IMG/VR virus record: IMGVR_UViG_3300017722_000930
Location: 1 to 35,933 of that record
Reading direction: 5' to 3' (one strand)
Source: a virus
Taxonomy: Duplodnaviria > Caudoviricetes
Length of the DNA stretch: 35,933 nt
Shown one piece after another: positions 25,014 through 32,414 of the stretch. A model generated the notes under the pieces. That model saw only the letters and a list, made by a program, of their open reading frames with translations. It was not told the DNA's origin and ran no database searches. The position numbers were made by a program, and so were the translations under genes. Numbering within the stretch: position 1 is the stretch's first letter; each line of letters starts with the position of its first letter.

Positions 25014-25705
25014 AAATCTCTGAACTTATCGCCCGCTGGAACCTTGGTGAAGGCAAGCCTTATAAGGGGAGCCTGATAGATTACGACGCGTATGTCCCCG
25101 GCGAACTCGGGTGTATGTGTGCGCAGGGTCAGGTGCTGCATGTTGTCGCAGGCTGGTCGGTCGACCAGTTGAACAACACAGCACAGGCCGAAGCGGACAT
25201 TGCGACGGCCAAAGCGTTGAACATCAGCCGCGCCCATTCGGTGCTGCTGCGGAACATTAACGACAACGCAGACGGTGCGCCGTCCATTGTTCTGACCGAG
25301 CCCGGCAAAGTGCTTGGTGACCAATGGAGCAAACTGCTCGACTTCTGGCACTTCATGGACGGGCTGGATAGAGATGGCTGGCAGAAAGTGGTCGCCGCTT
25401 GGGACGCCGCTTGGGCCGCTGCTAGGTACGCCGCTAGGGTCGCCGCTGGGGCCGCCGCTAGGGACGCCGCTAGGGTCGCCGCTGGGGCCGCCGCTTGGGA
25501 CGCCGCTAGGGTCGCCGCTGGGGACGCCGCTTGGGACGCCGCTTGGGTCGCCGCTGGGGACGCCGCTTGGGACGCCGCTTGGGAAATTCAAGGCGCAGCC
25601 GTCCTTGCCGCAAAAGGCCGCCCGCTGTTCTTTTTGCCCATGTTTGGCTTTGCGTCGCAGGATGCGATCCCGGCGCGGCCTGCTGATTATGGAGTCGTGG
25701 CGTGA
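25010..25705 (+). CDS. Hypothetical protein with AAWD-type tetrapeptide repeats
   Basis: Starts MKISELIARW at an ATGA overlap and contains 16 AAxx repeats. Confidence 0.75.
   Translation: MKISELIARWNLGEGKPYKGSLIDYDAYVPGELGCMCAQGQVLHVVAGWSVDQLNNTAQAEADIATAKALNISRAHSVLLRNINDNADGAPSIVLTEPGKVLGDQWSKLLDFWHFMDGLDRDGWQKVVAAWDAAWAAARYAARVAAGAAARDAARVAAGAAAWDAARVAAGDAAWDAAWVAAGDAAWDAAWEIQGAAVLAAKGRPLFFLPMFGFASQDAIPARPADYGVVA
25394..25585 (+). repeat. 16 x 12-bp tandem repeat, consensus GCCGCT(T/A/G)GGG(A/C/T)C
   Basis: Counted directly from the sequence. Confidence 0.9.
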
Positions 25706-25829
25706 TCCTGCACCACCTCTCGCAGCCGCGCATCATGCGCCCGCAACCTGGCAACCGCCAATTCATCGCGCCGCTCGCTGCTTATCGCAGACCGGCCATC
25801 ATGCCCAAACAGCCTTCGGAGAACAGCAA

Positions 25830-26459
25830 GTGAGCGCTCAAACCAAAATCGCAGTCGATACGCTGCATTCCGCTATGGCGCTTGCCTTTGGCGAGATCGA
25901 AAGCGCGACCAAATCCGCAACCGGCCAGGTCGGGCAGCAAAAATACAAGTACGCCAGCTTGACCGGCGTGATTGAGGCCATCAAGCCCGCGCTGATCAAG
26001 CACAATCTGTTTTTCACGCAGCACCCAGTTCCGCACGACAGAGGCGTACAGATCGAGACGCTTCTGCACCACGCTAGCGGAGAAAGCATGTCGCTAGGGG
26101 CGCTGTTTGTCCCCGCCAGCAAGCAAGACGCCCAAGGCTTCGGCTCTGCAATGACCTACGCGCGCCGCTACGCACTTGTGACTGCGTTTGGTGTTCCTGT
26201 GGAGGACGATGACGGAACTGCAGCCGTGAAGGCGTCTCAGCGGGTCGAGAGCGCGCCTGTGACTGATGTAGCTGACAACGACACCGTCGCCCAGATGATC
26301 GGCCTGTGCGAAGCGCTCGGCGGCAATCAGGCCGGTATCATCTGCGAAGCTTATCGAGTGTCGGCTTTGTCCGAATTGACCACCAAACAAGCTGCTGGTG
26401 CGATTAAGCGCCTGGGCGAAAAGCTGGCCGAACGCGCAAAGGAAACCGAACATGCTTGA
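25830..26459 (+). CDS. erf: ERF-family single-strand annealing protein
   Basis: KYKYASLTGVIEAIKPAL...LHHASGE...QDAQGFGSAMTYARRYAL...EDDDG. GTG start at 25830. Confidence 0.9.
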   Translation: MSAQTKIAVDTLHSAMALAFGEIESATKSATGQVGQQKYKYASLTGVIEAIKPALIKHNLFFTQHPVPHDRGVQIETLLHHASGESMSLGALFVPASKQDAQGFGSAMTYARRYALVTAFGVPVEDDDGTAAVKASQRVESAPVTDVADNDTVAQMIGLCEALGGNQAGIICEAYRVSALSELTTKQAAGAIKRLGEKLAERAKETEHA

Positions 26460-27078
26460 ACAGCGCACTGATGGCTGGTTGGCAGTTCGCACCGGCAAGG
26501 TCACTGCCAGCGCGATCTACAAAGTGATGGCGCGCACCAAGACGGGATATGGCGCAGATCGGGCAAACTATCACGCCCAGCTTGTCACCGAGCGCTTGAC
26601 CGGCCTGCCTACTGACAGTTTCCGCAATGCCGCGATGGATTGGGGCATCGAAACCGAGGCGCAGGCCCGCGCGGCATATGCCTTTAGCGTCAACGATCCG
26701 GTCAGCGAGACAGGCTTCCACCCGCACCCGTTCATTGACTTTAGCGGCGCGTCACCAGATGGCTTAGTTAGCGAGCGCGGCTTGCTTGAGGTCAAATGCC
26801 CAAACACGGCCACGCATATTCAGACCCTGACCGGCGCGTCAATTGACCGCAAGTATATGCTCCAGATGCAATGGCAGATGGCTTGCACTGAGCGCGATTG
26901 GTGCGACTTTGTGTCGTTTGATCCGCGCTTGCCTGAGCCGATGCAACTGCATGTTTGTCGCGTTGAACGTGACGCTGAACTGCTGGCCGAGATGGAGCGT
27001 AAGGTTGCTCTGTTCTTGGCCGAAGTGGCCGCAACCGTGGCCGATCTAGAAACCCGTTACATGAAGGAAACAAAATAA
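26452..27078 (+). CDS. YqaJ/lambda-exonuclease family
   Basis: EQRTDGWLAVRTGKVTAS, AMDWGIETE, GASPDGLV, LLEVKCP and QMQWQM. Confidence 0.93.
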   Translation: MLEQRTDGWLAVRTGKVTASAIYKVMARTKTGYGADRANYHAQLVTERLTGLPTDSFRNAAMDWGIETEAQARAAYAFSVNDPVSETGFHPHPFIDFSGASPDGLVSERGLLEVKCPNTATHIQTLTGASIDRKYMLQMQWQMACTERDWCDFVSFDPRLPEPMQLHVCRVERDAELLAEMERKVALFLAEVAATVADLETRYMKETK

Positions 27079-27347
27079 TGGCACAACGGTACGACGCCTG
27101 CACTCCACGCAAGAGCAAAGACGGCAAGACCTTCTGGTTAAAAATTGGCAGCGGCTGGCAATCCGATAAGGGAATGCAGGTAGTGCTTGATGCGCTGCCG
27201 ATCCCCGATGCTGAAGGCCGAGTAGTAATAAACCTGTTTGAGCCGAAGCCGCGCGAGCAAACCGGCAATGGCGGACGGTCCGGTAAAACGTCTTCAGGTG
27301 ATCTGGACGACGCAATTCCCTTTATTTCCTCTAACGGAGTGTGGTGA
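27078..27347 (+). CDS. Small SSB-like protein
   Basis: KTFWLKIGSGW...VVLDALP beta core and an acidic DLDDAIPF tail. Adjacent to ERF and the exonuclease. Confidence 0.7.
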   Translation: MAQRYDACTPRKSKDGKTFWLKIGSGWQSDKGMQVVLDALPIPDAEGRVVINLFEPKPREQTGNGGRSGKTSSGDLDDAIPFISSNGVW

Positions 27348-27348
27348 C

Positions 27349-28176
27349 ATGGCTACAGCTTATAAGTTTGATGCCGACAGTCTCGAAACCAGCTTGATGC
27401 TTATCACGCCTGAACTTGCGTCAAAGTGGCTGGAAGACGCGAACACATCCAACCGTAACATTAGCCAGCGCCAAGTTGATAAACTTGCGCATGATATGGT
27501 CAGCGGCAACTGGCGAACAACACATCAAGGCATTGCGTTTTACGACGATGGCGCGCTAGCCGATGGTCAGCATCGTTTGGCTGCTATTGTTAGAAGCGGT
27601 ATCGCTCAAACCATGCTTGTTATCACGGGTTTGTCTCGTTCCGATTGCATTGGCATTGATCAGCATCGCCCGCGTTCAGTTGTTGACACAATCCGAATTT
27701 CTGAAGGCGAAAACTGGATTAACAAAAATGTTGTTTCTGTCTCGCGCTTTTTGATGTCGCTGGGAAACAACCGCGTAGCGACAATCAGCCAAATTCGTGA
27801 ATTTGCGCACGCCCACAAAGACTGCATCCTTTTTGCGCTTTCGACCTTCGGGAAAAGCCGCCGCTATATGTCAACCGCACCTGTTTTTGCTGCCATGGCT
27901 GTCGCTGCGATGAACGGCGTAAACCGCGAAAAGCTTGCTCAGTTTTCCGAAATACTTCTGAACGGAGCCGCTACATCGCCAACGCACTTGGCTGCGATCC
28001 GGCTGCGTGAATGGCTTATGAAGCCAGAGCGGGCATATGGCGCTCTATACCAAAATTCGGTTTATCTTCGCTCGCAGCGCGCGATTGAAGCTTTTGCTGC
28101 AAGCCAGCCTTTGGGCCGTTTGTACGAACCAGCAGAGCCGATCTGGACCGTTCCGCTTGCTGATTATCAGGGCTGA
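27349..28176 (+). CDS. ParB-like (DGQHR) N-terminal domain protein
   Basis: ITPELASKWL...NRNIS...DMVSGNW...QGIAF..DG.LADGQHRLAAIVRSG. Confidence 0.8.
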   Translation: MATAYKFDADSLETSLMLITPELASKWLEDANTSNRNISQRQVDKLAHDMVSGNWRTTHQGIAFYDDGALADGQHRLAAIVRSGIAQTMLVITGLSRSDCIGIDQHRPRSVVDTIRISEGENWINKNVVSVSRFLMSLGNNRVATISQIREFAHAHKDCILFALSTFGKSRRYMSTAPVFAAMAVAAMNGVNREKLAQFSEILLNGAATSPTHLAAIRLREWLMKPERAYGALYQNSVYLRSQRAIEAFAASQPLGRLYEPAEPIWTVPLADYQG

Positions 28177-28181
28177 TTGCC

Positions 28182-28550
28182 ATGCTCCCGCCCCGCAAAC
28201 CCAAAAAGGCTAAGTCTGAAACCCGCTGGCGCTCACAAGCGCACCTTGGGTTTGTGCGTAGCCACTGCTGTTCTGTCTGCCATACTGATGCGGGGATTGA
28301 GGCGGCACACGTTCGCATCGGTTCCGGCGCTGGCATGGGGCAAAAGCCTGACGATTGGCGCGTCGTCAGTTTGTGCCGCGATTGCCATCGCAAGCAGCAT
28401 GAAGTTGGAGAGTATTCGTTTTGGGGCTTGGTGTGCGGTGAAAGGGACGAAAGATGGACCGTCGCCGATCCTTACGCGCTGATCGACGCCTTCTGCCAGA
28501 CCAGCCCCAAAGCATCCGAGATCAAACGCATTAGGCAGGAAACAGCATGA
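28182..28550 (+). CDS. DUF968/HNH-like Zn nuclease
   Basis: RWRSQAHLGFVRSHCCSVC...EAAHVR...GMGQKPDDW.VVSLCRDCH. Confidence 0.8.
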   Translation: MLPPRKPKKAKSETRWRSQAHLGFVRSHCCSVCHTDAGIEAAHVRIGSGAGMGQKPDDWRVVSLCRDCHRKQHEVGEYSFWGLVCGERDERWTVADPYALIDAFCQTSPKASEIKRIRQETA

Positions 28551-28882
28551 ACGCGCCCGCTAACATTGAGAACGCCATTGACGAAGCCGAACGCCTGTTT
28601 ATCCAAGCAGGCCAGGCGAAGGTTCGCGCCGAGCAACTGGATTATCGCCGCAAATCAGTACGCGCGGCTATGTTTGTGAAGCATAAGGCGACAGTCAAAA
28701 GCGCCGCAGAAGCTGCTGAACTGGCCAAATGCGATCCAGTGTACGAACTAGCGAAGGAGGATTGGTTTGCTGCCGCGATGGAAGCCGCAACGATGCACGC
28801 ACAGGCTGAAGCTAAACGCTTGCGTTTTGAGGCATGGCGTACAAGCCAAAGCACGATGCGCGCACAAATGAACCTTCGCTAA
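28547..28882 (+). CDS. Helical hypothetical protein (possibly UvsY-like)
   Basis: 111 aa, all-helical, ending RFEAWRTSQSTMRAQMNL. Confidence 0.6.
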   Translation: MNAPANIENAIDEAERLFIQAGQAKVRAEQLDYRRKSVRAAMFVKHKATVKSAAEAAELAKCDPVYELAKEDWFAAAMEAATMHAQAEAKRLRFEAWRTSQSTMRAQMNLR

Positions 28883-28884
28883 TT

Positions 28885-29082
28885 ATGTCAGGAACCCCAC
28901 CCATGACCGACACATGGAAAGTTTACTGCGTCGACACCTTTGACGGCACAAAATGGCTTGATGGTGAATTTGCCACAAAGGAAGAGGCTGAACGCCGCGC
29001 ACAACTGCGAGGGGGCACAATGCTTCGCGCACACCTTGAAGCGCCACAGGGCTACCGCACAGCCTCATACGGCACATCTTGA
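28885..29082 (+). CDS. Hypothetical protein (start 28885 or 28903)
   Basis: Open frame WKVYCVDTFDG...GEFATKEEA. Confidence 0.6.
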   Translation: MSGTPPMTDTWKVYCVDTFDGTKWLDGEFATKEEAERRAQLRGGTMLRAHLEAPQGYRTASYGTS

Positions 29083-29400
29083 ATGAAAGGGCAAGCCATG
29101 ACCGACATACCCGAAGTGTACTTCGCTGAAGCCCTGCGACGGCTGAATGACAGACAATTGCAGTGCTTCAATAGAAAAAACCACTCTTCGCAAATTCTCG
29201 CCAGCACCCTCCAAGAACTGGGCTGGACCCCACCGATTGACGAGGCCCGCATGGCTAAGGCGCGGAAGGTAGCGGCGGCTGTGATGGAGGCGACATTATG
29301 CCCCTCCCATGCGGACGATATACGAAAGAACAAAGAACATCCGGACAGTTATGGTGAATTTGCCATCCAAGCTGCCTATAAAGCGCTAGGGGAGGACTGA
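29083..29400 (+). CDS. Hypothetical protein
   Basis: 105 aa, in the tightly packed early operon. Confidence 0.6.
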   Translation: MKGQAMTDIPEVYFAEALRRLNDRQLQCFNRKNHSSQILASTLQELGWTPPIDEARMAKARKVAAAVMEATLCPSHADDIRKNKEHPDSYGEFAIQAAYKALGED

Positions 29401-29401
29401 C

Positions 29402-29698
29402 ATGACCGACGAAGAATTCATCGACTTCTTCGAAACCACCATCGACGACAGCTTCGACCTAGGCTGGACTTCACTGGACGCAGCCAAGCTGATCGTCTCG
29501 CGGATGCAGGATAAGGGGCTGGTGATTGTGAAGATCCGGCCAGATGCTGTGGACCGTGTGGCGCGGGCGTTGTGCATCGCTGACGGGCTTGATCCTGAAC
29601 ATGATTTAGCGGGACCAGACGAACGGTACGCACCCGAATGGCATCAATTCCGCGACCTCGCCACCGCCGCCATCGCTGCGATCACGGGGAGGGTGTGA
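29402..29698 (+). CDS. Hypothetical protein
   Basis: Strong RBS (GGAGG). The motif VDRVARALCIADG.DP...A.AAIAA is common in alphaproteobacterial phage ORFs. Confidence 0.7.
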   Translation: MTDEEFIDFFETTIDDSFDLGWTSLDAAKLIVSRMQDKGLVIVKIRPDAVDRVARALCIADGLDPEHDLAGPDERYAPEWHQFRDLATAAIAAITGRV

Positions 29699-29862
29699 TG
29701 AGCTTGTTCCCGATCACCCGCCGCGCGCTTTGGCGGTTCCGTTTGGCTTGGGCTGACCTGCGGTATGCCATGGCGGCAAACGCGGTTGGTGACGCAAGAC
29801 GCCGCGCAGATAAAGCCCATGCTACTTTGGTACGCATTCGCGATCAGGAACCTAGACCATGA
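29698..29862 (+). CDS. Hypothetical protein (54 aa)
   Basis: TGATG coupling and RBS GGAGGG. Confidence 0.55.
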   Translation: MSLFPITRRALWRFRLAWADLRYAMAANAVGDARRRADKAHATLVRIRDQEPRP

Positions 29863-29922
29863 CCACCCCCACAGAACAATCCATCCGAGACGAGTGCGAA
29901 AATGCGCTCGCACTATGCGCTG

Positions 29923-30182
29923 CAGCCCTGAAAGGATCGACTAATGGATGACCTGATCCGCGACCTGATCGAGCAGCTTCAAGCATGGAGTGATCTAGAT
30001 ATTAAGTATCACCATGACGCTCGCGGCAAAGCCTTACACCAAGCCGCCAACGAGATCGAACGCCTCACCGCTGAACTGCGCACCCTGCGCGCGGAGCGGG
30101 ATGCAGCCCTTGCCGGAGTGTCCGAAAAATGTAGACATACTTCGGACAGAAATAGAGCAGCTACAGCCCTGAAAGGATCGAC
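29923..30182 (+). repeat. 19-bp direct repeat CAGCCCTGAAAGGATCGAC (29923-29941 and 30164-30182)
   Basis: Exact match. Each copy contains an RBS and is followed 2 nt later by ATG. Confidence 0.85.
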
Positions 30183-30234
30183 CGATGCCGCCTGCGGTAC
30201 GCTGGGCGACAGCGATGGGGACGACGGCGCTTAA
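29944..30234 (+). CDS. Hypothetical protein
   Basis: MDDLIRDL...QAANEIERLTAE coiled-coil motif, RBS AAAGGA. Confidence 0.6.
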   Translation: MDDLIRDLIEQLQAWSDLDIKYHHDARGKALHQAANEIERLTAELRTLRAERDAALAGVSEKCRHTSDRNRAATALKGSTDAACGTLGDSDGDDGA

Positions 30235-30572
30235 CCTCGCACTGACAAAGACAGCGCAGCCAGATCGTCTGCAATGTCAGACAAGGGCCGCGTCAACATA
30301 GCCAGCCCGATCAGCGCCAGAGTGCCAAGCGCACCCGAAACGCGCGGAGACAATTCATCGAACGATTCCGCGCAATGTCCGAGCCTTTGTATCAAAGCGA
30401 TGTGGTGCCGCCCGTTGATCGCGGCCATGCCTTGCAACGGATATGGTTCGTTCGCGCCGTCAGATTTATCGTATATTATGCCGTCGGATGTATCGCATAT
30501 GCTCCCGTCCGGTAACATTTCGCCAGATTGCTGCCATTTGGCAGTTGTTTCGTCCCGAACAGGATCATTCAT
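30231..30572 (-). CDS. Hypothetical protein (last gene of the late arm)
   Basis: 113 aa, converging on the early arm. Confidence 0.55.
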   Translation of the reverse strand: MNDPVRDETTAKWQQSGEMLPDGSICDTSDGIIYDKSDGANEPYPLQGMAAINGRHHIALIQRLGHCAESFDELSPRVSGALGTLALIGLAMLTRPLSDIADDLAALSLSVRG

Positions 30573-30696
30573 CGGCCTGCGCGTCGGTATGATCTACCTC
30601 AAACGCCTCTCGTGCGAGTTGGCGCTGCGTTTCGTATTCGTCTGCTATGGCCTTGGCGTCCGCGCCTAGCCAGTGCAATAAATCGCGTGTGTTCAT
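30565..30696 (-). CDS. Hypothetical protein (43 aa)
   Basis: MNTRDLLHWLGADAKAIADEY...; ATGA overlap with the phosphoesterase gene. Confidence 0.5.
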   Translation of the reverse strand: MNTRDLLHWLGADAKAIADEYETQRQLAREAFEVDHTDAQADE

Positions 30697-31859
30697 GCTG
30701 GAGTCCTTAACATTTCGGGCGTCACAAACACCCGCCCCACTTGTCCAAACCCCTTGCTATACGTGATGCTCTGCACTGCCCGATCTGCAATCCACCCGCC
30801 CCGCGCTGCGTAGGCATCGCGCGCTGCAATGGTCGGATGCTGAACGACCGTGACGCCGTTGTACTCTTTCTCATCGCAGTGGTGCCGGTGACCGCAGTGG
30901 ATGGCCCGCCGAAGCGTTCGCCCCCATACGTTAGGAAACTGCGCGGCAAACAGCAGCGGTAACTGCTCGTTTTTTACCTTGTGCCCGTGATGGAAGCCAA
31001 GCATGGTTTTGCCCCATTCGAACACGTAGAACGGTAGCTCTGAAGCGTTCACTGTAACGCGCGGTTCTTTCTCGTACAACGCCTGGAACATGAGCCGCAG
31101 CCAAACAGAACTGGCTTCATCGTGGTTGCCTTCGCAGATAACCACATGAACCTGCGGATGCTTTTCCAGCGCCATGTTTATCAGTGCGCGGATTGATCGG
31201 ATCGCCACCGAGACGATCCGGCTAAAACGTCCGTCCTGATCCAGAACGTGACGATGGGCTGGCGTGACCGGCAACAGTCCATCTGAATGCAGCATGTCGC
31301 CTTGGATGTTAACAATGCCGGTGTGGGCTGGCGGGGATTGATCTAGCATCATGGCAAAGCTGCCGATCAACGTTCGCTCTGCAATCTTAATGTCCCAGTT
31401 CGCGCCGCCTTCCTCTTCTTGAGCTAACATCCCAAGATGAAAATCGGAATAAGTGTAAAGGTTGCACAAATCGTCATTTGCGTTGTCTGGCGCAGGGATA
31501 GGCTCGACCGGCTCAATAGGCTCTAGAATGCCCGCGACAGCCTCTCTGAGCGCATCTAGCGCAGCCTCTGCTGTTGGGTGCTGGCGTTCCCATGTTCGTT
31601 CTACAGAGCCGTCCGCTGACCGCTGGATCGTCACCTTGCCCATGCGGTTGCCTGGCGCAACGCCTTGCTCAAAATGCCCCGGCGCGTAGCCTTGGCTGGC
31701 CGCGTATTTCATCAGCCGCCGGATCGACGATGCTATCGTGTCAAGCGTTAGACCCTGCTGCAGTTCCGCTGATCTGAAGCTTGGAAAGCCCTCCAGCAGT
31801 TCAATGTATTCCTTTTGGCGCGGGGTCGCATACTCAAGCAGTCGCGGATCAAATCGCAC
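30693..31859 (-). CDS. Calcineurin-like metallophosphoesterase with an N-terminal HTH-like region
   Basis: Motifs SDFHLG, QGDMLH, EGNHD, FHHGH and GHRHH. Confidence 0.85.
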   Translation of the reverse strand: MRFDPRLLEYATPRQKEYIELLEGFPSFRSAELQQGLTLDTIASSIRRLMKYAASQGYAPGHFEQGVAPGNRMGKVTIQRSADGSVERTWERQHPTAEAALDALREAVAGILEPIEPVEPIPAPDNANDDLCNLYTYSDFHLGMLAQEEEGGANWDIKIAERTLIGSFAMMLDQSPPAHTGIVNIQGDMLHSDGLLPVTPAHRHVLDQDGRFSRIVSVAIRSIRALINMALEKHPQVHVVICEGNHDEASSVWLRLMFQALYEKEPRVTVNASELPFYVFEWGKTMLGFHHGHKVKNEQLPLLFAAQFPNVWGRTLRRAIHCGHRHHCDEKEYNGVTVVQHPTIAARDAYAARGGWIADRAVQSITYSKGFGQVGRVFVTPEMLRTPA

Positions 31860-31922
31860 ATGTCTAATCCTTGGCCGTTGGTCCGGTTTACGTTCTGCGC
31901 TAGAGGTGGAGTTAAAGTTTAT

Positions 31923-32414
31923 CTATTCGCCGGTTTGTAAACCGAGCGCCCAGTTGCGCGCAGTTTCAAGCCTAAGCGTGTTTTCAGTACATATGCCAAT
32001 ATCATCCTCTGTCACTGCAACCATGACGGGCGTTGTATTGGCTTTTCCAATACGTCCGGTATCGTCACCTTGGGCGATGGCAGTGGGTCCGCTGGCCTGA
32101 CACGAATCGGTTTGGACGCGCATCCGGTCAATGTAAGCATCAGCGCGGCTGCGAGCATTGGCAATTTTGGCCACATATTCATGTTCAGACTCCTGCGCTT
32201 TGGTCACGTATATGTGTTCTTGACGGCGAAGCGCCTCGCGTGCGATCAGCGCCGCCTCTGCCTGCGCTTGCCCGTAAGCAGCCCTGTCTGCCTGTCTCAG
32301 CGCCTTCTCTGCATGGTAAGCGCTGCGGTAGTGCCAGGACGCCAGCGTAAGCCCAAGCAGCGCCGCAGCGAGCGCGATCAGGATGCGGTGGCGAAGGATG
32401 AGGGACAGAATCAT
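31923..32414 (-). CDS. Rz: Rz-like inner-membrane spanin
   Basis: N-terminal TM segment and periplasmic coiled coil, with an embedded lipoprotein ORF. Confidence 0.8.
   Translation of the reverse strand: MILSLILRHRILIALAAALLGLTLASWHYRSAYHAEKALRQADRAAYGQAQAEAALIAREALRRQEHIYVTKAQESEHEYVAKIANARSRADAYIDRMRVQTDSCQASGPTAIAQGDDTGRIGKANTTPVMVAVTEDDIGICTENTLRLETARNWALGLQTGE
32012..32182 (-). CDS. Rz1: Rz1-like outer-membrane lipoprotein spanin embedded in Rz (+1 frame)
   Basis: AGGAG RBS, then MNMWPKLPMLAAALMLTLTG/CASKPIRVRPADPLPSPKVTIPDVLEKPIQRPSWLQ*. Lipobox LTGC and a Pro-rich mature part. Confidence 0.85.
   Translation of the reverse strand: MNMWPKLPMLAAALMLTLTGCASKPIRVRPADPLPSPKVTIPDVLEKPIQRPSWLQ

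Noticed and set aside
25394-25585. Repeat array as a CRISPR array or DGR template/variable region
   Set aside because: The units are contiguous 12-mers with no spacers, and there are no cas or reverse transcriptase genes.
24731-25591. 286-aa minus-strand ORF (PSGV/PSGD repeats) and the GTPL/GSPL N-terminal extension of 25314..26459
   Set aside because: These are shadow frames of the stop-free 12-bp repeat. The + strand AAWD frame and the GTG-started ERF fit the operon coupling.
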